The translations under genes were made by a program, and so were the position numbers. Below are positions 38,515 to 52,300 of a stretch of 64,000 bases of DNA, piece by piece (positions within the stretch are counted from its first letter, which is position 1; the number at the start of each line of letters is the position of its first letter). The stretch is from Eledone cirrhosa (Eukaryota), in assembly GCA_964016885.1 (NCBI GenBank), contig OZ024741.1:22630001-22694000 (forward strand), in the 5' to 3' direction. The notes under the pieces were generated by a model. It saw nothing but the letters and a program-made list of their open reading frames with translations. It ran no database searches and was not told where the DNA came from.

Positions 38515-39785
38515 ATTGGCAGTATTGGTAGAGGGTCGGACGCCATGCTTAGCAGCATAGTTACGGACCTTTATGATCCGAGTTCAAATCCTGCCGAGGT
38601 TAACTTTGCCTTTCATCCTTACGGGGTCAGTAAAATAAAGTACCAGTAATACACTGAATAGTTGCTGGCCTTGTGTCAAATGTAGAAACAATTATTGAAT
38701 ATTTGTTTATATGACAATGTAAGAAAAATCAGTTACTTTTACGATAAAAATAAAACTAATTCAACTGACTATTATAGGCTGATGAACTGAGTTCATTTTG
38801 ATACTTCTTGCTTTGAACAAAGAAAATTACTGAGGTTGCATTTTTCTCACTTCAGTTCAAACTCACCCATGCATAACCTCACATGACCTTCTTGTCCATC
38901 TTCCTTCCCCAGCTCTCTCTGTCCTCCACCCCACCTTGTTCTGGAAGTCACCTAACCAAATCTCTTTATTAATAAGTCTTCATGTTTTTATTTGGATTAA
39001 GAAATTTTCCATAAGTTGTTCAGAATGTATGTGGCTCCCCAGATTTTAGTGATCACCTAGTTTGTCTATTACAGCGTGATGGTTACACATGCAGATCTAT
39101 TATCAAACATTTCAGTTGTAATCTTCCCATCATTGTGTCAAGTTGTCATTAGAGGGTCGGATGCCATGCTTTGCAGCAGAGTTACGGACCTTTATGGCCT
39201 GAGTTCGAATCCTGCTGAGGTTAACTTTGCCTTTCATCCTTACGGGATCAATAAAATAAAGTACCAGTAATACACTGAGAAAATTGCTGGCCTTGTGTCA
39301 AAAGTAGAAACAATTATTACCATTATTATATATTAGGGCAGCGGATTGGTAGTATCGGTAGGGTGTCGGACAACAAGCTTTATGGCACAGAGTTATGGTC
39401 TTTTACGTTCTGAGTTCAAACTCGCCAAGGTTAGCTTTGACTCTCATCCTTACAGTGTCGATAAAATAAAGTACCAGTTACAAACTGGGTTGATTTAATC
39501 GACATTCCTCTCCTTCCAAAATTGTTAGCCTTATGCCAAATGTAGAAACATTTATTATCCAATTCTGGGAAGGTAGTCTCACCCATAGAAGCTCCCTTTA
39601 TTTACTCAGCCTAATATAGAGGCCAGGAGGTCAATTGGAAGAGTCGTTAGAATATCGGATAGAATGCTTTGCAGTATTTGTTTCCACTCTCTGCTCTCTG
39701 AGTTCAAATCCCTCGGAGGTCAACTTTGTTTTTCATCCAGCCGAGGTCGAAAAAAAAAAGTACCAGTCAAGTACTGGGGTTAATT
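38515..39785 (+). mobile_element. Cluster of four SINE family A copies (~38515-38695, 39151-39318, 39335-39555, degenerate 39625-39785)
   Basis: Each copy contains a variant of gagttcaaatcc..gaggttaactttgcctttcatcc..gataaaataaagtaccagt. Confidence 0.85.
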
Positions 39786-41328
39786 GTTCCTCTGTATCTC
39801 TTTCTCCCATTCTTTCATTCTCTCTATCCCTCTCTGGAAGACATCTGCTGTATTGAGATCTAGAGAGGAGCTGAACTCCACCAGGTTTTAAAACACCCTA
39901 GAAACACTATCAATACAGTGCCCCTACCACCCTCAGGAGTTATAGGACCATACAATATAGAGGTCTCGGTAGACACCTAAAAGTATACTTCATGTTTTCT
40001 CAGTATCAAGCTAAATTTGCTGCTACATTTTTTTTATAAAGGTGAAATTCATTTGATCTTTACCTTTCATTTAACTCTAGGTCAACTTCAGACTAAGTAT
40101 ACCTGTAATTAAAGGTTCCTACCCTGACACTCCCACCCACCTCTAGGCATACTGTATTTAAAACCATCTTATCCCATGTCCTTTTTTAAAGGCAAGAAAG
40201 AATTGCTGGACAGATTTTATGGGCAAAACCAACTTACAGAAGACCCAGGGGTAGACCCCAAGCAAGAGGGTTGAATTTGAACTCATATTGTAATGTGCCA
40301 TAACTCTATGCCATAAAGCATATTGTCCAACGCTCTAGCAATATTGCCAATCCACTGCTCTTAAGTTTAACTTTCTATTAGTAACATCCCTATAGGTGTA
40401 TCAGTAACATTGTTTTATGATGTGAGCTGCAAGCATTTTGAACTCTGCCAAGAAAGCTCATTAGCTTAATGTCAAGTTTAGATTTTGATCACTTTCTTAT
40501 TTACTAGCTCAAAAATTCCAGTTGAATCAATGATATTTGGAACAATCCAGTTATTGCTAGTGATTCTCCATTCATTTTTCTGTATACCTAGCCTCTTCTT
40601 CTTCTATCCCTAGCTGGCGATTGGGGGAGGCTGTTCTCTCAACCAATACGCTGTTGTGGGTACCACTGGATGATGGACTCCGATGAAGGTTTTTTCTAGG
40701 TTTTTCTATCCAAGGCCCTGACCTTAGCATGGTCGAGGTCAAGGCACTGCAATTTCAGGTCCTCCTCAATTTGTTTCATTCATGTCTTCTTTGGTGTACT
40801 GCATTGGATTCTCCAGTGCATGGATCACTGCTGTCTTGACAAAAGTTACCTAGAGAGTTACAAGTTAAACAATTGGAGCAAGGTTTGAATTTCAGATGTT
40901 GTGGTCTTTATTCCAGCATCTTAATAACATAGCCACTCTATTCTTTTCAATTTCCTCGTTGGTAGGAAAAGAACAAGTGTTTGTATTTATTTCTCTTGTC
41001 CAGAATATATTAACAGTTAAATTTACTTCATATCTTTTATTCATTCTTTTTTTTATAGTTTATCCATTGTGTACTGTTCTGTATAGCTAACTTGTTCACT
41101 TTCCTCTAGATCAGCATGTTGCAGCTTAAAAATCTGGAACAGTAGTCTTGTGATTAGAATTTATGGTTTTACCAATAAGCTAACACTTGGCATTTATTTC
41201 AGCTTAGTAAATCTTTATTTTCTTTTGTTCAGTTGAGAATTAAACCAAGATAGTTTCATTGATATGTTTATTTTCTTAACTAGTTTTCCATATTTTCTTA
41301 TGTATTATCCATAAAGGTTTTATACACA

Positions 41329-41373
<45 letters not shown>

Positions 41374-41552
41374 ATATATAGAAATGGCTTCTACAGGACT
41401 AGAACTGTTTCATTTGAAAGAAACATATATATATATATATATAACTGTAGAGCAAATACTTATTATTAGCATCTGTGATAATATATTTTGTGTGTGTATG
41501 TGTATATATAGATAGATAGATTTCTTTGATAGATTGATAGCTAGCTAGGTGG

Positions 41553-42423
41553 TGAATATGTAAGATATTATGTGAGGTAAAGCCTTTACCGTGAAAATAC
41601 AATAGTATATATAGAGTAATGTAAATGTTGTGAGATATTATGTGAGGTAAAGCCTTTACTGTGAAAATATAATAGTAAATATAGAGCAATGTAAATGTTA
41701 TGTGAGATATTATGTGAGGTAAAGCCTTTACTGTGAAAATACAATAGTATATATAGAGTAATGTAAATGTTATGAGGTAAAGCCTTTACTGTGAAAATTC
41801 AATAGTAAATATAGAGTAATGTAAATGTTGTGAGATATTATGTGAGGTAAAGTCTTTACCGTGAAAATATAATAGTATATATAGAGTAATGTAAATGTTA
41901 TGAGGTAAAGCCTTTACTGTGAAAATACAATAGTAAATATAGAGTAATGTAAATGTTGTGAGATATTATGTGAGGTAAAGTCTTTACCGTGAAAATATAA
42001 TAGTATATATAGAGTAATGTAAATGCTATGAGAGATATTATGTGAGGTAAAGTCTTTACCGTGAAAATACAATAGTAAATATAGAGTAATGTAAATGTGA
42101 GATATTATGTGAGGTAAAGTCTTTACCGTGAAAATATAATAGTATATATAGAGTAATGTAAATGCTATGAGAGATATTATGTGAGGTAAAGTCTTTACCG
42201 TGAAAATACAATAGTAAATATAGAGTAATGTAAATGTTATGTGAGGTATTATGTGAGGTAAAGTCTTTACCGTGAAAATATAATAGTATATATAAAGTAA
42301 TGTAAATGTTATGAGAGATATTATGTGAGGTAAAGCCTTTACTGTGAAAATATAATAGTATATATAGAGTAATGTAAATGTTATGTGAGGTATTTAGTGA
42401 GGTAAAGTAATGTAAAGGGTTAA
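41553..42423. repeat. ~59-73-bp AT-rich tandem repeat, ~12 copies
   Basis: Unit gagatattatgtgaggtaaag(c/t)ctttac(c/t)gtgaaaata(c/t)aatagta(t/a)atatagagtaatgtaaatg. A single-copy homolog lies at 44743-44829. Confidence 0.92.
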
Positions 42424-42663
42424 AAGATACAATTCTAATATAAACACTTTCAATGTGTGGAGTTGAATGTGGAATTCAGTTCTTTTACAATTCGCTATTT
42501 GTTTATCAATAAAAGTTCCTTGCTTATGTCGGTTGTTTAAAGTTCTCAACACATGGTACCATTCATATGGCCCTTTTCTAAGATTCCAGTAATTGATAAA
42601 ACAATTTTTTGTCTTGTTTTGTAGAACAGCATACATTCATTGTGTAAATACTTGCAGTGAATT

Positions 42664-43164
42664 AATAATTGTTTCTACTTTTGGCACAAGGTCAGCAATT
42701 ACCCCAGTGCATTACTGGTACTTTATTTTATCAACCCTGTAAGGATGAAAGGCAAAGTTAACCTCAGCAGGATTTAAACTCAGAAAGTAAAGGACCATAA
42801 CTCTATGCTACAAAGCATGTTGTCTGATGTTCTCCCAATACTGCTAATCCACCACCCTTAGGAGTTTCTACTTTTGGCACAAGGCCAGCAATTACCCCAG
42901 TGCTTTACTGGTACTTTATTTTATCAACCCCGTAAGGATGAAAGGTAAAGTTAACCTCGGCAGGATTTGAACTCAGAATGGCAAGGGCCATAACTCTATG
43001 CGTCAAAGCATGGCGTCTGACCCTCTACCGATACTGCCAATCCACCGCCCTTATGCGTCAAATAATAATTGTTTCTACTTTTGGCACAAGGCCAGCAATT
43101 ACCCCAGTGCATTACTGGTACTTTATTTTATCGACCCCGTAAGGATGAAAGGCAAAGTCAACCT
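42664..43164 (-). mobile_element. Three tandem SINE family A copies
   Basis: Copies start at ~42664, ~42865 and ~43064; the last is truncated. Confidence 0.9.
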
Positions 43165-43295
43165 AATGACGGCTGGGTAGTTTAGCCTTTTCATAAACAT
43201 ATTCCTAATGAAATACACTCAATTTCAATCAATTAATGAAGAATTTTGAGGGATTTCCTAAAATTATTAGTTATTTCATTATTATAATAGAAACT

Positions 43296-43566
43296 AGGGT
43301 GGTGGATTGGCAGTATCGGTAGAGGGTCGGACACCATGCTAGGGTGGTGGATTGGCAGTATCGGTAGAGGGTCGGACACCATGTTAGGGTGGTGGATTGG
43401 CAGTATCGGTAGAGGGTCGGACACCATGCTTTGCAGTTACGTCTCTTTACGGACTGAGTTCAAATCCCACCGAGGTTAACTCTGCCTTTCATCCTTGCTG
43501 GGTCGATAAAATAAAGTACCAGTAATGTACTGGGTAATTGCTGACCTTGTGCCAAAAGTAGAAACG
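43296..43566 (+). mobile_element. SINE family A with triplicated 45-bp head and 18-bp target-site duplication
   Basis: The head (t)agggtggtggattggcagtatcggtagagggtcggacaccatg occurs at 43295, 43340 and 43385. The TSD attattataatagaaact is at 43278-43295 and 43567-43584. Confidence 0.9.
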
Positions 43567-44168
43567 ATTATTATAATAGAAACTTAAAATTCTTATACAA
43601 AATTGTTGGAAGATTTAAATTTGAACTGTTGAAAATGGGTGATTTTATTTCATTGAACCAGAGCCGGTTTTTGCCGGGATGGTAACTAAAGGGTTAATTA
43701 ATAAAATTTTAAGGAATTTACTAAAATTATTATTTCCTTATTCAGCTAGTAACTTAATATATGGCTCTTAAATAAAATTAACATTATCATCATCACCGTT
43801 TAACAACCATTTTCCATGCTTGCATGGGCTAGGCAGGTTGCCCACGTTATGAGACAAGTCTGGCCAATTGGCTGTGCTGTACCTTGCTCAAACAGAACTG
43901 TATTTTGGCTGGGATTTTTACAGCTGGATGCCCTTCCTAACATCAACCATGTGTACAGTGTGGAACAAAATTATATTAGAAAATATTATTTTAAATATGA
44001 ACCATTTAAAATTGGTTTTTTATAGAACCAAAGTCAGTTTTGGTCAGATTAATTTCAAAAGGGTTAAACATTAATTTAATGTAAAATCAATATTTTGGTG
44101 TTCAGGAATCCAAAGTTCAATGAAATTTGTTTTCTTCCTTCCTATTCCATTTGTTTTTTGATTGTTTA

Positions 44169-44550
44169 GTTTATCTATTTCTAAATGTACCAATATAAGA
44201 CTTTCTACTGGTGTTTAGGTGTTTATCTATTTCTAAATGTACCAATATGAGACTTACTATTGGTGTTTAGGTGTTTATCTATTTCTAAATGTAACAATAT
44301 GAGACTTACTATTGGTGTTTAGGTGTTTATCTATTTCTAAATGTACCAATATAAGACTTACTATTGGTGTTTAGGTGTTTATCTATTTCTAAATGTACCA
44401 ATATGAGACTTACTATTGGTGTTTAGGTGTTTATCTATTTCTAAATGTACCAATGTAAGACTTACTATTGGTGTTTAGGTGTTTATCTATTTCTAAATGT
44501 ACCAATATGAGACTTACTATTGGTATTTAGGTGTTTAGTTTATCTATTTC
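44169..44550. repeat. 52-bp minisatellite, ~7 copies
   Basis: Unit gtttatctatttctaaatgtaccaatatgagacttactattggtgtttaggt. Confidence 0.95.
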
Positions 44551-45108
44551 GTAGCCTTAATAAAATACACTCTATTTCAATTAATAAATAAAGAATTTAG
44601 AGTTATTTCACTAACATTTAAACCGGCTATATCCGGCCAGAATTCTCTCAGCTCTTTTTGTTCAAACCGGCTGTAACTGGCCACTCATACTGATATTAAG
44701 GTATTGTTCTAAAAATAAATAACATTGAAATCTCATAGATTTGATATTATGTAAGATAATTGTGAGATAAAGCCTTTACTGCAAAAATATAATAGTATAT
44801 ATAGAGTAATGTAAATACTAAAGGGTTAACATATTTGAAGATTTTAATTTAAATAGGAACCATTTAAAATTGGTGGCTTTGTTTCATAGAGCCAAAGTTG
44901 GTTTTGGCCTGACTTGACATAAAATGTATCTATATTCCTATAATAATACTTCTTGGTAAATTATTTATTTTACTAAGTATGACAGTAAATATTGTAGCTG
45001 TTGAAATGAATACCAGTGTATGACTGATACTTATTTGATCATACCTGGGAAAATTTAAACTCTGAATATTTAAACTATTTGTCAGCGTTTCACAACTTTT
45101 ACATTCCA

Positions 45109-45476
45109 TACTATTAGGTCCCAAATAATAGGGGAGGGGTTGGAAAATCGGTAATTTTTCTTGGTTGTCTATGTTGATTTTTTTTAAAACCAGCATTAGT
45201 CTTTTAGTTTACATATTCAGACCCCAACCCATCCTATTTATTTTACAACATATGGGATTTCTAGTAATGTAATTTTTTGTCATGTATGTTTTTTAATATC
45301 TAAAGAAAATTGTTGCAGGAATACTACCACTTAAAATAGAATTTTTCCAGGGATAGATTAGTAAAATTTAATAAACAGGATGGAGTTGAGTTGAATAAGA
45401 GTGAAGGGGTGTGTGGAAAAAATCTGAAAAATTAATAAGCAGCGATAGGGGGTCGATTATTTGAGACCCAAGAGTA
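45109..45476 (+). mobile_element. MITE family C, complete copy
   Basis: TACTATTAGGTCCCAAATAAT ... ATTATTTGAGACCCAAGAGTA imperfect TIRs with TA ends. Confidence 0.8.
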
Positions 45477-46537
45477 CATACCTCTATTGTTTATTTCATT
45501 TTTCTCCCAACTGCCCTTCAGATTATTTTCTCCTCTCCACCCCTTTCTTCTGGCCTTATCCTCTTCCCAACTCTTCCCTATCTTTCCATCTCACCTGTGT
45601 AATATTCTCTATTTGTTCTCTCTTCAATGTTCTACTTTCCGTTCTTAATTTTAACCATTCTCTAGTTTTCATTTCTTTCTTCCTCTCTATTGTTAACAAT
45701 TCTCCTACTAAATAGTTCAGTTTAGTGTAGAGAGTTTCTAAATTAGGTAGGTAGGTCAGAATGTTTTAAAACAAAGTGGCAACGCTGGTGGGGAAGTTCA
45801 GGTGAAGGCTGTTTGTTAGTAAAATTTTATTGAAAGGAAGAAAAAAAAAGGAAGAAATTAGAACTGACTGAAGAATAAATTTTCGTTGCAATCTCTTTTC
45901 AAACAATTTATTAGTGTAAGAAAATAAGAACGTCTGGGGTTACCCCTCACATGTTGTATGTTGGCTGAAAATAGAAACATAAGTTGTGCAAAATTAGCTT
46001 TTTTTTTCTATTATAACTCACATTTACCTTTTAACATGTCACCAGCACAACTATCATAACATTGTAACAGTGTAGTTCTTACTTAAATTTTTAACTTATT
46101 CATTTGCCTGCAAAAATATTAAGAGATATTCAAAAACAGGTATTTCATATTTAAAATGAACTATAAAAATAATAAAAAATTCTATTTTATGTATTCTAAA
46201 AGGTTGGCCCTGGATAAAAATTTCTTTCGCTGTTTTTTTCTTTTCTCTACGCCAGATGGGAAATATTAGCTGTCATTTAGACAATGAATAAATAATAGCT
46301 AAAAACATTTTCTTTTTTACTTTTAGAAAGATAAAATTTCACTTTCCATTTTGAAGTAATTACTTAATTTTCCACTCTTAGATTAAACTTCTGTACCAAA
46401 ATTGAACAGCTTATCTTTCTTCGTGGTGTGTGTTCTTTTAGCAATACCTTTTTATTAACCCTTCTTTTATTTAAACTACCTGAAACTAGAGCTGGTGCTA
46501 TGATACAAAGCTGTTTGTTTTAAAAAGTACTTATATT

Positions 46538-46649
46538 TATTTAATATAGAAAGGCTTCTACAGGACTAGAACTGTTTCATTCAGGCTTCCTGATGATTTT
46601 TCCCGAATGAAACAGTTCTAGTCCTGTAGAAGCTTTTCTATATTAAATA
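46538..46649 (+). ncRNA. Inverted repeat (45-bp arms) containing a hammerhead-like core, PLE-type
   Basis: Arms at 46538-46582 and 46605-46649. Core CTGATGA (46590) ...GAAA cagttc. A partial copy of the arm lies at 41380-41413. Confidence 0.5.
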
Positions 46650-46754
46650 TTTATACTCTGTTTTGTATTGAGTACCTTACTTACTGTGGTTATCCCCGAT
46701 TGAACTTATATATAATATATATATTATATATAAACTTATATATAATATATATAT

Positions 46755-46885
46755 CATCATCATTTCATTTCATTTTACGTCCGCTTTTTCCCTGCTTGCA
46801 AGGGTGGGACGAGAACTGATTCTGGCTTGAATTCTACAGCTGGATGCCCTTCCTAACACCAACCTCATTTACAGCGAGTGCTGGG
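46755..46885 (-). mobile_element. Short element sharing the RTE 3' end and (ATG)n tail
   Basis: catcatcat..tacgtccgctttt..gcttgca..gggtgggacg..ctacagctggatgcccttcctaacaccaacc. Also seen at 36083 (shorter), 43786, 48655 and at the 3' ends of the RTEs at 49372 and 53957. Confidence 0.75.
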
Positions 46886-47874
46886 TCCCTATCATCTCAT
46901 TTCTACAGCTGAGTAAACTGGAGCAATGAGAAATAAAGTGTCTTGCTCAAGGCAACAACACATCACCCGGTCTGAGAATTGAACTCACAACCTTTCGATT
47001 GCAAGGCCAATGCTCTAACCACTAAGCCATGTGCCTCCATATATATATATATATATATACATATATATATAATATATAAACATTCCATCGTAATTTTATA
47101 TAAGAATTCTTCAAACTCCAGCTTAATCATGAAAAATTTAGAAATATTACTAAATCCTTCCAAATTGTTGATGATTTTCAAAATTATTTGTAAATCACAG
47201 GTAATGTATTTCATTAGAAATCTGTTAATGAAAGTGTTAAGAAGATAACTAGAAAGTATGTTTGATATAAAATGAGAATGAACCAAAATAAAGTGCATGA
47301 ATTTCTCTTATTCAGGTAAATATTTGGAGAAAGCATGATGAGATTTGAACTGAACAAATCAGGTTATTTATACCAAGGTATTTATATATTTTCCAAGATG
47401 AGTATTTACTAGAAGTTTTGTTTGTTTTTGCTGTGTTATTGCTAATATTTTGGAGGATAACAAGACTAAACCACAGAACTAAAGGTATTGCAATATTTAG
47501 GATTACTGTCTCCACAGTTCGAATTCAACTGTTGCTGAAGTTGACTTTGTTTTCCATTCCACCAGAATTGATGAATCAAGTATCAGTAATATTCTGGGGA
47601 ATAACTTAATCTTAAAAACAAAAAATAAAAAACAAAACAAGAAAAATTGGCTTTACACTTATGTATAAAATCCTAACTAAATTTGAGGATTGTTTCCAGT
47701 TGTGGAGAAATATTTGTAGAATATATCGACAGCGGATTGAGGAGAATTTTTTGGGCTTCAGATTAAATATGTCATGGTATTTGTTCTGGCTCTCTGACTG
47801 CAAATCTTGGCTTTGCCTTTCATTCTTTCATGATTGATAAAGTATCAGTCCAGGGACAGTGGATCAGTGGAATT

Positions 47875-47888
47875 GTATATGTATAATG

Positions 47889-47919
<31 letters not shown>

Positions 47920-47922
47920 AAT

Positions 47923-47957
<35 letters not shown>

Positions 47958-48160
47958 ATATATATATATATATATAATATATATATGTATATATAATATA
48001 TATATGTATATATAATATATATATGTATATATAATATATATATGTATATATAATATATATATGTATATATAATATATATATGTATATATATATATATATA
48101 TGTATATATAATATATATATGTATATATATATATTATATGTATATATATATATATAATGT
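47875..48160. repeat. (TA)n-derived microsatellite/minisatellite
   Basis: atatatatgtatatataat repeats. Confidence 0.95.
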
Positions 48161-49079
48161 ATAAAAATCAATACAATATAATTACCTCAATACAATATAA
48201 TTACCTCATTACCAGAGGTTTCCCGAATGATGCGAATACGAAAGAAACGTCTTCATTCGTTCGTCAGACGAGGCAATATAAAACATGGGTAAATACTTGG
48301 AAAGTCTCATCAAGAAAAGCAAAAAAAAACAAAAAAGATATAGACAAATGAATTAGAATATGAAATATATAATAATCTTTCAAGAAATATAGTTAGGTGT
48401 GTGTATATGTATGTATATACGCTCACAGATGTGCATATATGTGTATGCACATATGTATACGTATTGTGAAAAAGTGTGCGTAAATATATAATTTAGGGCA
48501 AATGTATCTGTATGTCTGTAATCTACAGAGAGAATAGATACATCATAAGAATATGAAGGCACGCGCATAAACACACCTACACACACGTACACTTAGATGC
48601 GGAAGTAAAAGAGGTAAGGGAGTGTAATAATTAAAGGAAAGTATCAATCTCGATATCATCATCATCATCATCATTTTACGTCCGCTTTTTCCCTGCTTGC
48701 AAGGGTGGGACGGGAACTGATTCTGGCTTGATTTCTACAGCTGGATGCCCTTCCTAACACCAACCTCATTTACAGTGAGTGCTGGGTGTTTTTTTGCTGT
48801 GGCACCTACACAACCACTTTGCAGTGGAATGATAGGGACCCCAGTCTCTATCATCTCATTTCTACAGCTGAGTAAACTGGAGCAATGTGAAATAAAGTGT
48901 CTTGCTCAAGGAAACAACACATCATATTTATAAAAATGGAACAATAATTTAGAAAGAAAAAATTAAAGAAAAGAAGACAAAAAAGGTACATACATACACA
49001 CACACGTATATCTCACAAAAGAAACACAAAAATATACATGCTTATATACACACGCACACTTACACATCCATACGTTCGA

Positions 49080-49081
49080 TA

Positions 49082-49124
<43 letters not shown>

Positions 49125-49139
49125 GCGCACGCACGCACG

Positions 49140-49185
<46 letters not shown>

Positions 49186-49203
49186 CACACTCACACTCAC
49201 ACT

Positions 49204-49254
<51 letters not shown>
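49080..49254. repeat. (GCAC)n/(CA)n compound microsatellite
   Basis: Direct reading of the sequence. Confidence 0.95.
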
Positions 49255-49255
<1 letters not shown>

Positions 49256-49371
49256 TATTGACCTGTTTGCATGCACACGCATAAAAATGAGTAAGTAAAA
49301 AAGGGGGGAGAAGAAAAAAGGAACAAAACATAAAACCTAGATGTAAAAACACGGATATAAAGACACATACA

Positions 49372-52300
49372 CATCATCATCATCATCATCATCACCGTTT
49401 TACGTCCGTTCTTCCACGCTAGCATGGGTTAGACGGGTTGTCCTGTTGTGGGCAGTGTCTGGTCGGCTGACCATGCCTTGCTCATACAGGAACTGATCTG
49501 GCTTGATTTCTACAGCTGGATGCCCTTCCTAACACCAACCTCATTTACAGTAAGTGCTGGGTGCTTTTTCGTGGCGCCTACACGTCCACTTTACAGTGTG
49601 GGCTGGGTGCTTTTTTGCCGTGGCACCTCCATGACCACCTTGCGGGGGGGGGGGGCATATTGTTTATATGCTTCAGCATGTACCCATGGGAGGTCGGGTA
49701 CCCTGTATTACTGCGTGACGCCAGAAGTCACGGTCGTGTGTCATTGACTTTGAGAGGTGTAGTTGGGTAAGGTCGGCTTTTATCACCTCATCCCAAGTCA
49801 TCTTGGGTCTCCCCACTCCGCGGTTTCCTTCAACTTCTAGTGCTCTGCACCTTTTTATGCAGCTGTCATCCTTCATACGCATCACATGTCCATACCAGCG
49901 TAACTGCCTCTCCTGCACGCAGCATTTGATTCCTCTTATGCTCAGTCTCTCTCTCAATTCCTTTATGCTTTGTCGTTCACGTATATTACTGTTACACATC
50001 CATCGGAGCATGCAGGCTTCGTTTCTCTCTAATCTACGTAAGTCTTCCACCTTCAGCGCCCAGGTCTCACTACCATGCAACATCGCTGTTCGGATACACG
50101 CATCATACAGTCTGCCTTTCATTCTGAGGGAGAAGCCTTTTGCAGCTAGCAGTGGTAGTAGTTCCCTAAACTTCTTCCATCCCGTTCTTACCCTAGTTAT
50201 TGTACTTTCTGAGCACCCACCTCCGTTGCTAATTCGGTCACCTAGGTAGCAGAAGCTGTCTACTGTTTCTACAGGGCCATCCCAGAGATTGGTGGTACTT
50301 GTTTCCTGTGGCTGTTTGCTTGCTGTTTCAGCACAGCTGCTGCATGTGAATCCTACATTCTTAATTAAGCTTCCTGAGATCCCGCTACATCTCTTGTGTA
50401 CCCATTGTTTGCATTTGGGGCAGAGAATGGAGTTCCTACCTACACCTTTCCTACATACTGAGCAAGGCCATTTCCCTGAGGGGATCTGGGTTCTGTTTTC
50501 TCGTCTACTTATAAGGACCTTAGTCTTTGTCATGTTGACTTTGAGGCCCTTTCTCTCTAGTCCCTGGTTCCAGGTTTGGAATTTATTCTCTAGTTCTACC
50601 ATAGATTCAGCTATGAGTGCGAGGTCATCAGCATACAGGAGTTCCCATGGGCATCCGGTCTTAAACTCCTCCGTTATTGCCTGCAGGACTATGATGAACA
50701 GGAGAGGGCTAAGAACAGAGCCCTGGTGGACCCCAACCTGTACGCTAAATTCCTCGCTATACTCATTGCCAATCCTAACTTTGCTGACTGCTCCCCTATA
50801 CATGGCTTGTACCGCTTTCACAAGCCATTCATCTACTCCTAGTTTTCTAAGAGCCCACCAGATTACTGCACGTGGAACTCTGTCAAAGGCTTTCTCAAGG
50901 TCGACAAATGCCAAGTAGAGTGGCTTACTTTTAGCTAGGTACTTTTCCTGTAATTGCCTCACAAGGAAGAGGGCATCAGTGGTGCCTTTCCCTGGTACAA
51001 ACCCAAATTGCATCTCGTCTATATTCACCCGGTCCCTAATCAGCTGTGCTATAACTCTTTCTGTTACTTTCATGACCTGGTCCATCAACTTTATACCTCT
51101 ATAGTTTCCTCTATCTAGTGCATCGCCTTTACCTTTGTAGCAGTTGACAATGATGCTACTGCACCAATCTTTTGGTATGGCCCCCTCTAGTATTACCTGG
51201 TTAACGATACGTGTGGTTATAGTGTGACCTACAGACCCAGATGCCTTCAGCATCTCGGCAGCTATACCCGATGGACCAGTTGCCTTCCCTATCTTCATAT
51301 CTCTGATTGCCTTACTTACTATGCTGCCGCTGACTTGTACTGCTGGTCCCTCTATAGGGTCTACGTGGGGTAGGGTCTCTTCTTCCCATGCATTCTCCTC
51401 ATTTAGTAATCTATCATAATGACTCTTCCATGCATCTTTCTTCTCAGCACTTGTGAGGGCAAGCTCACCTTTATCATTCCGGATACACTTCTCTCCAATG
51501 ACATCACAACTATCTCTGACACACTGCCTCGCAATCTTGAATACCTCCTGTTTCTGGTCCTCACGTAAAACATGCTTGAATTTTCTATCCTCTGCTTCCC
51601 TCCTAGCTAAGTATACTTGTCGCCTAGCTTCCCTCTTGGTCTCTATGTAATGTACCCTGCTCCCCCCGTTCTTCCATTCTTTCCATGCCTGTCTCTTGGC
51701 CTTGACTGCTTCATCTACCTTATTGTTCCACCACCAAGTCACTCTCCTCCTGCTTGAGGTCTTACTCCAGCCACAAACCTCATCCGTCGCCTCTAGTAAG
51801 TTATTTTTTAGGAACTCCCAGTTCTCTTCTACGTTAAATGTCTCTATCTGTTCTTCTTTACTGTCGTAGGCGTTGAGTAAAATATCTTTAAATCTGTTAC
51901 TGGTTGAGGGGACTTTCAGCTTCCAGATCTTTCTTCTCCAGGTTGGCCTCTGTTTCAGGGCTCGTCTAGTTCTGACCGCGAGGTCGCTGACAACTAAGCT
52001 ATGTTGGGATGTACATTCCTCACTAGGGAAGGCTTTTGTGTTTACGACCGTCCATCTGTCACGTCCTCTGATGAGGATAAAATCTAACTGACTAGAGTGC
52101 TCCCCTGATCTATAGGTGATCAGGTGGTTGTCGGGTTTTTTAAAGTTTGTGTTACATATCGACATGTCATTGGCGTCGCAGAATTCTAGAAGTCTGAATC
52201 CTTCCTCATTCCTTGTGCCAACTCCATGGCCTCCATGTACTCTATTGAAGCCGTCGCAGTGTTTACCTACGTGTCCGTTAAAATCTCCTGCAATGATTAG

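Noticed and set aside
38515-38600. tRNA genes suggested by A/B boxes
   Set aside because: These are SINE heads: there is no complete cloverleaf, and each is attached to a SINE body.
46028-46107. Minus-strand exon-like segment (ttttgcag|...aaag|gtaaat)
   Set aside because: It has stops in all three frames. It could be a UTR exon, but the sequence alone does not support that.
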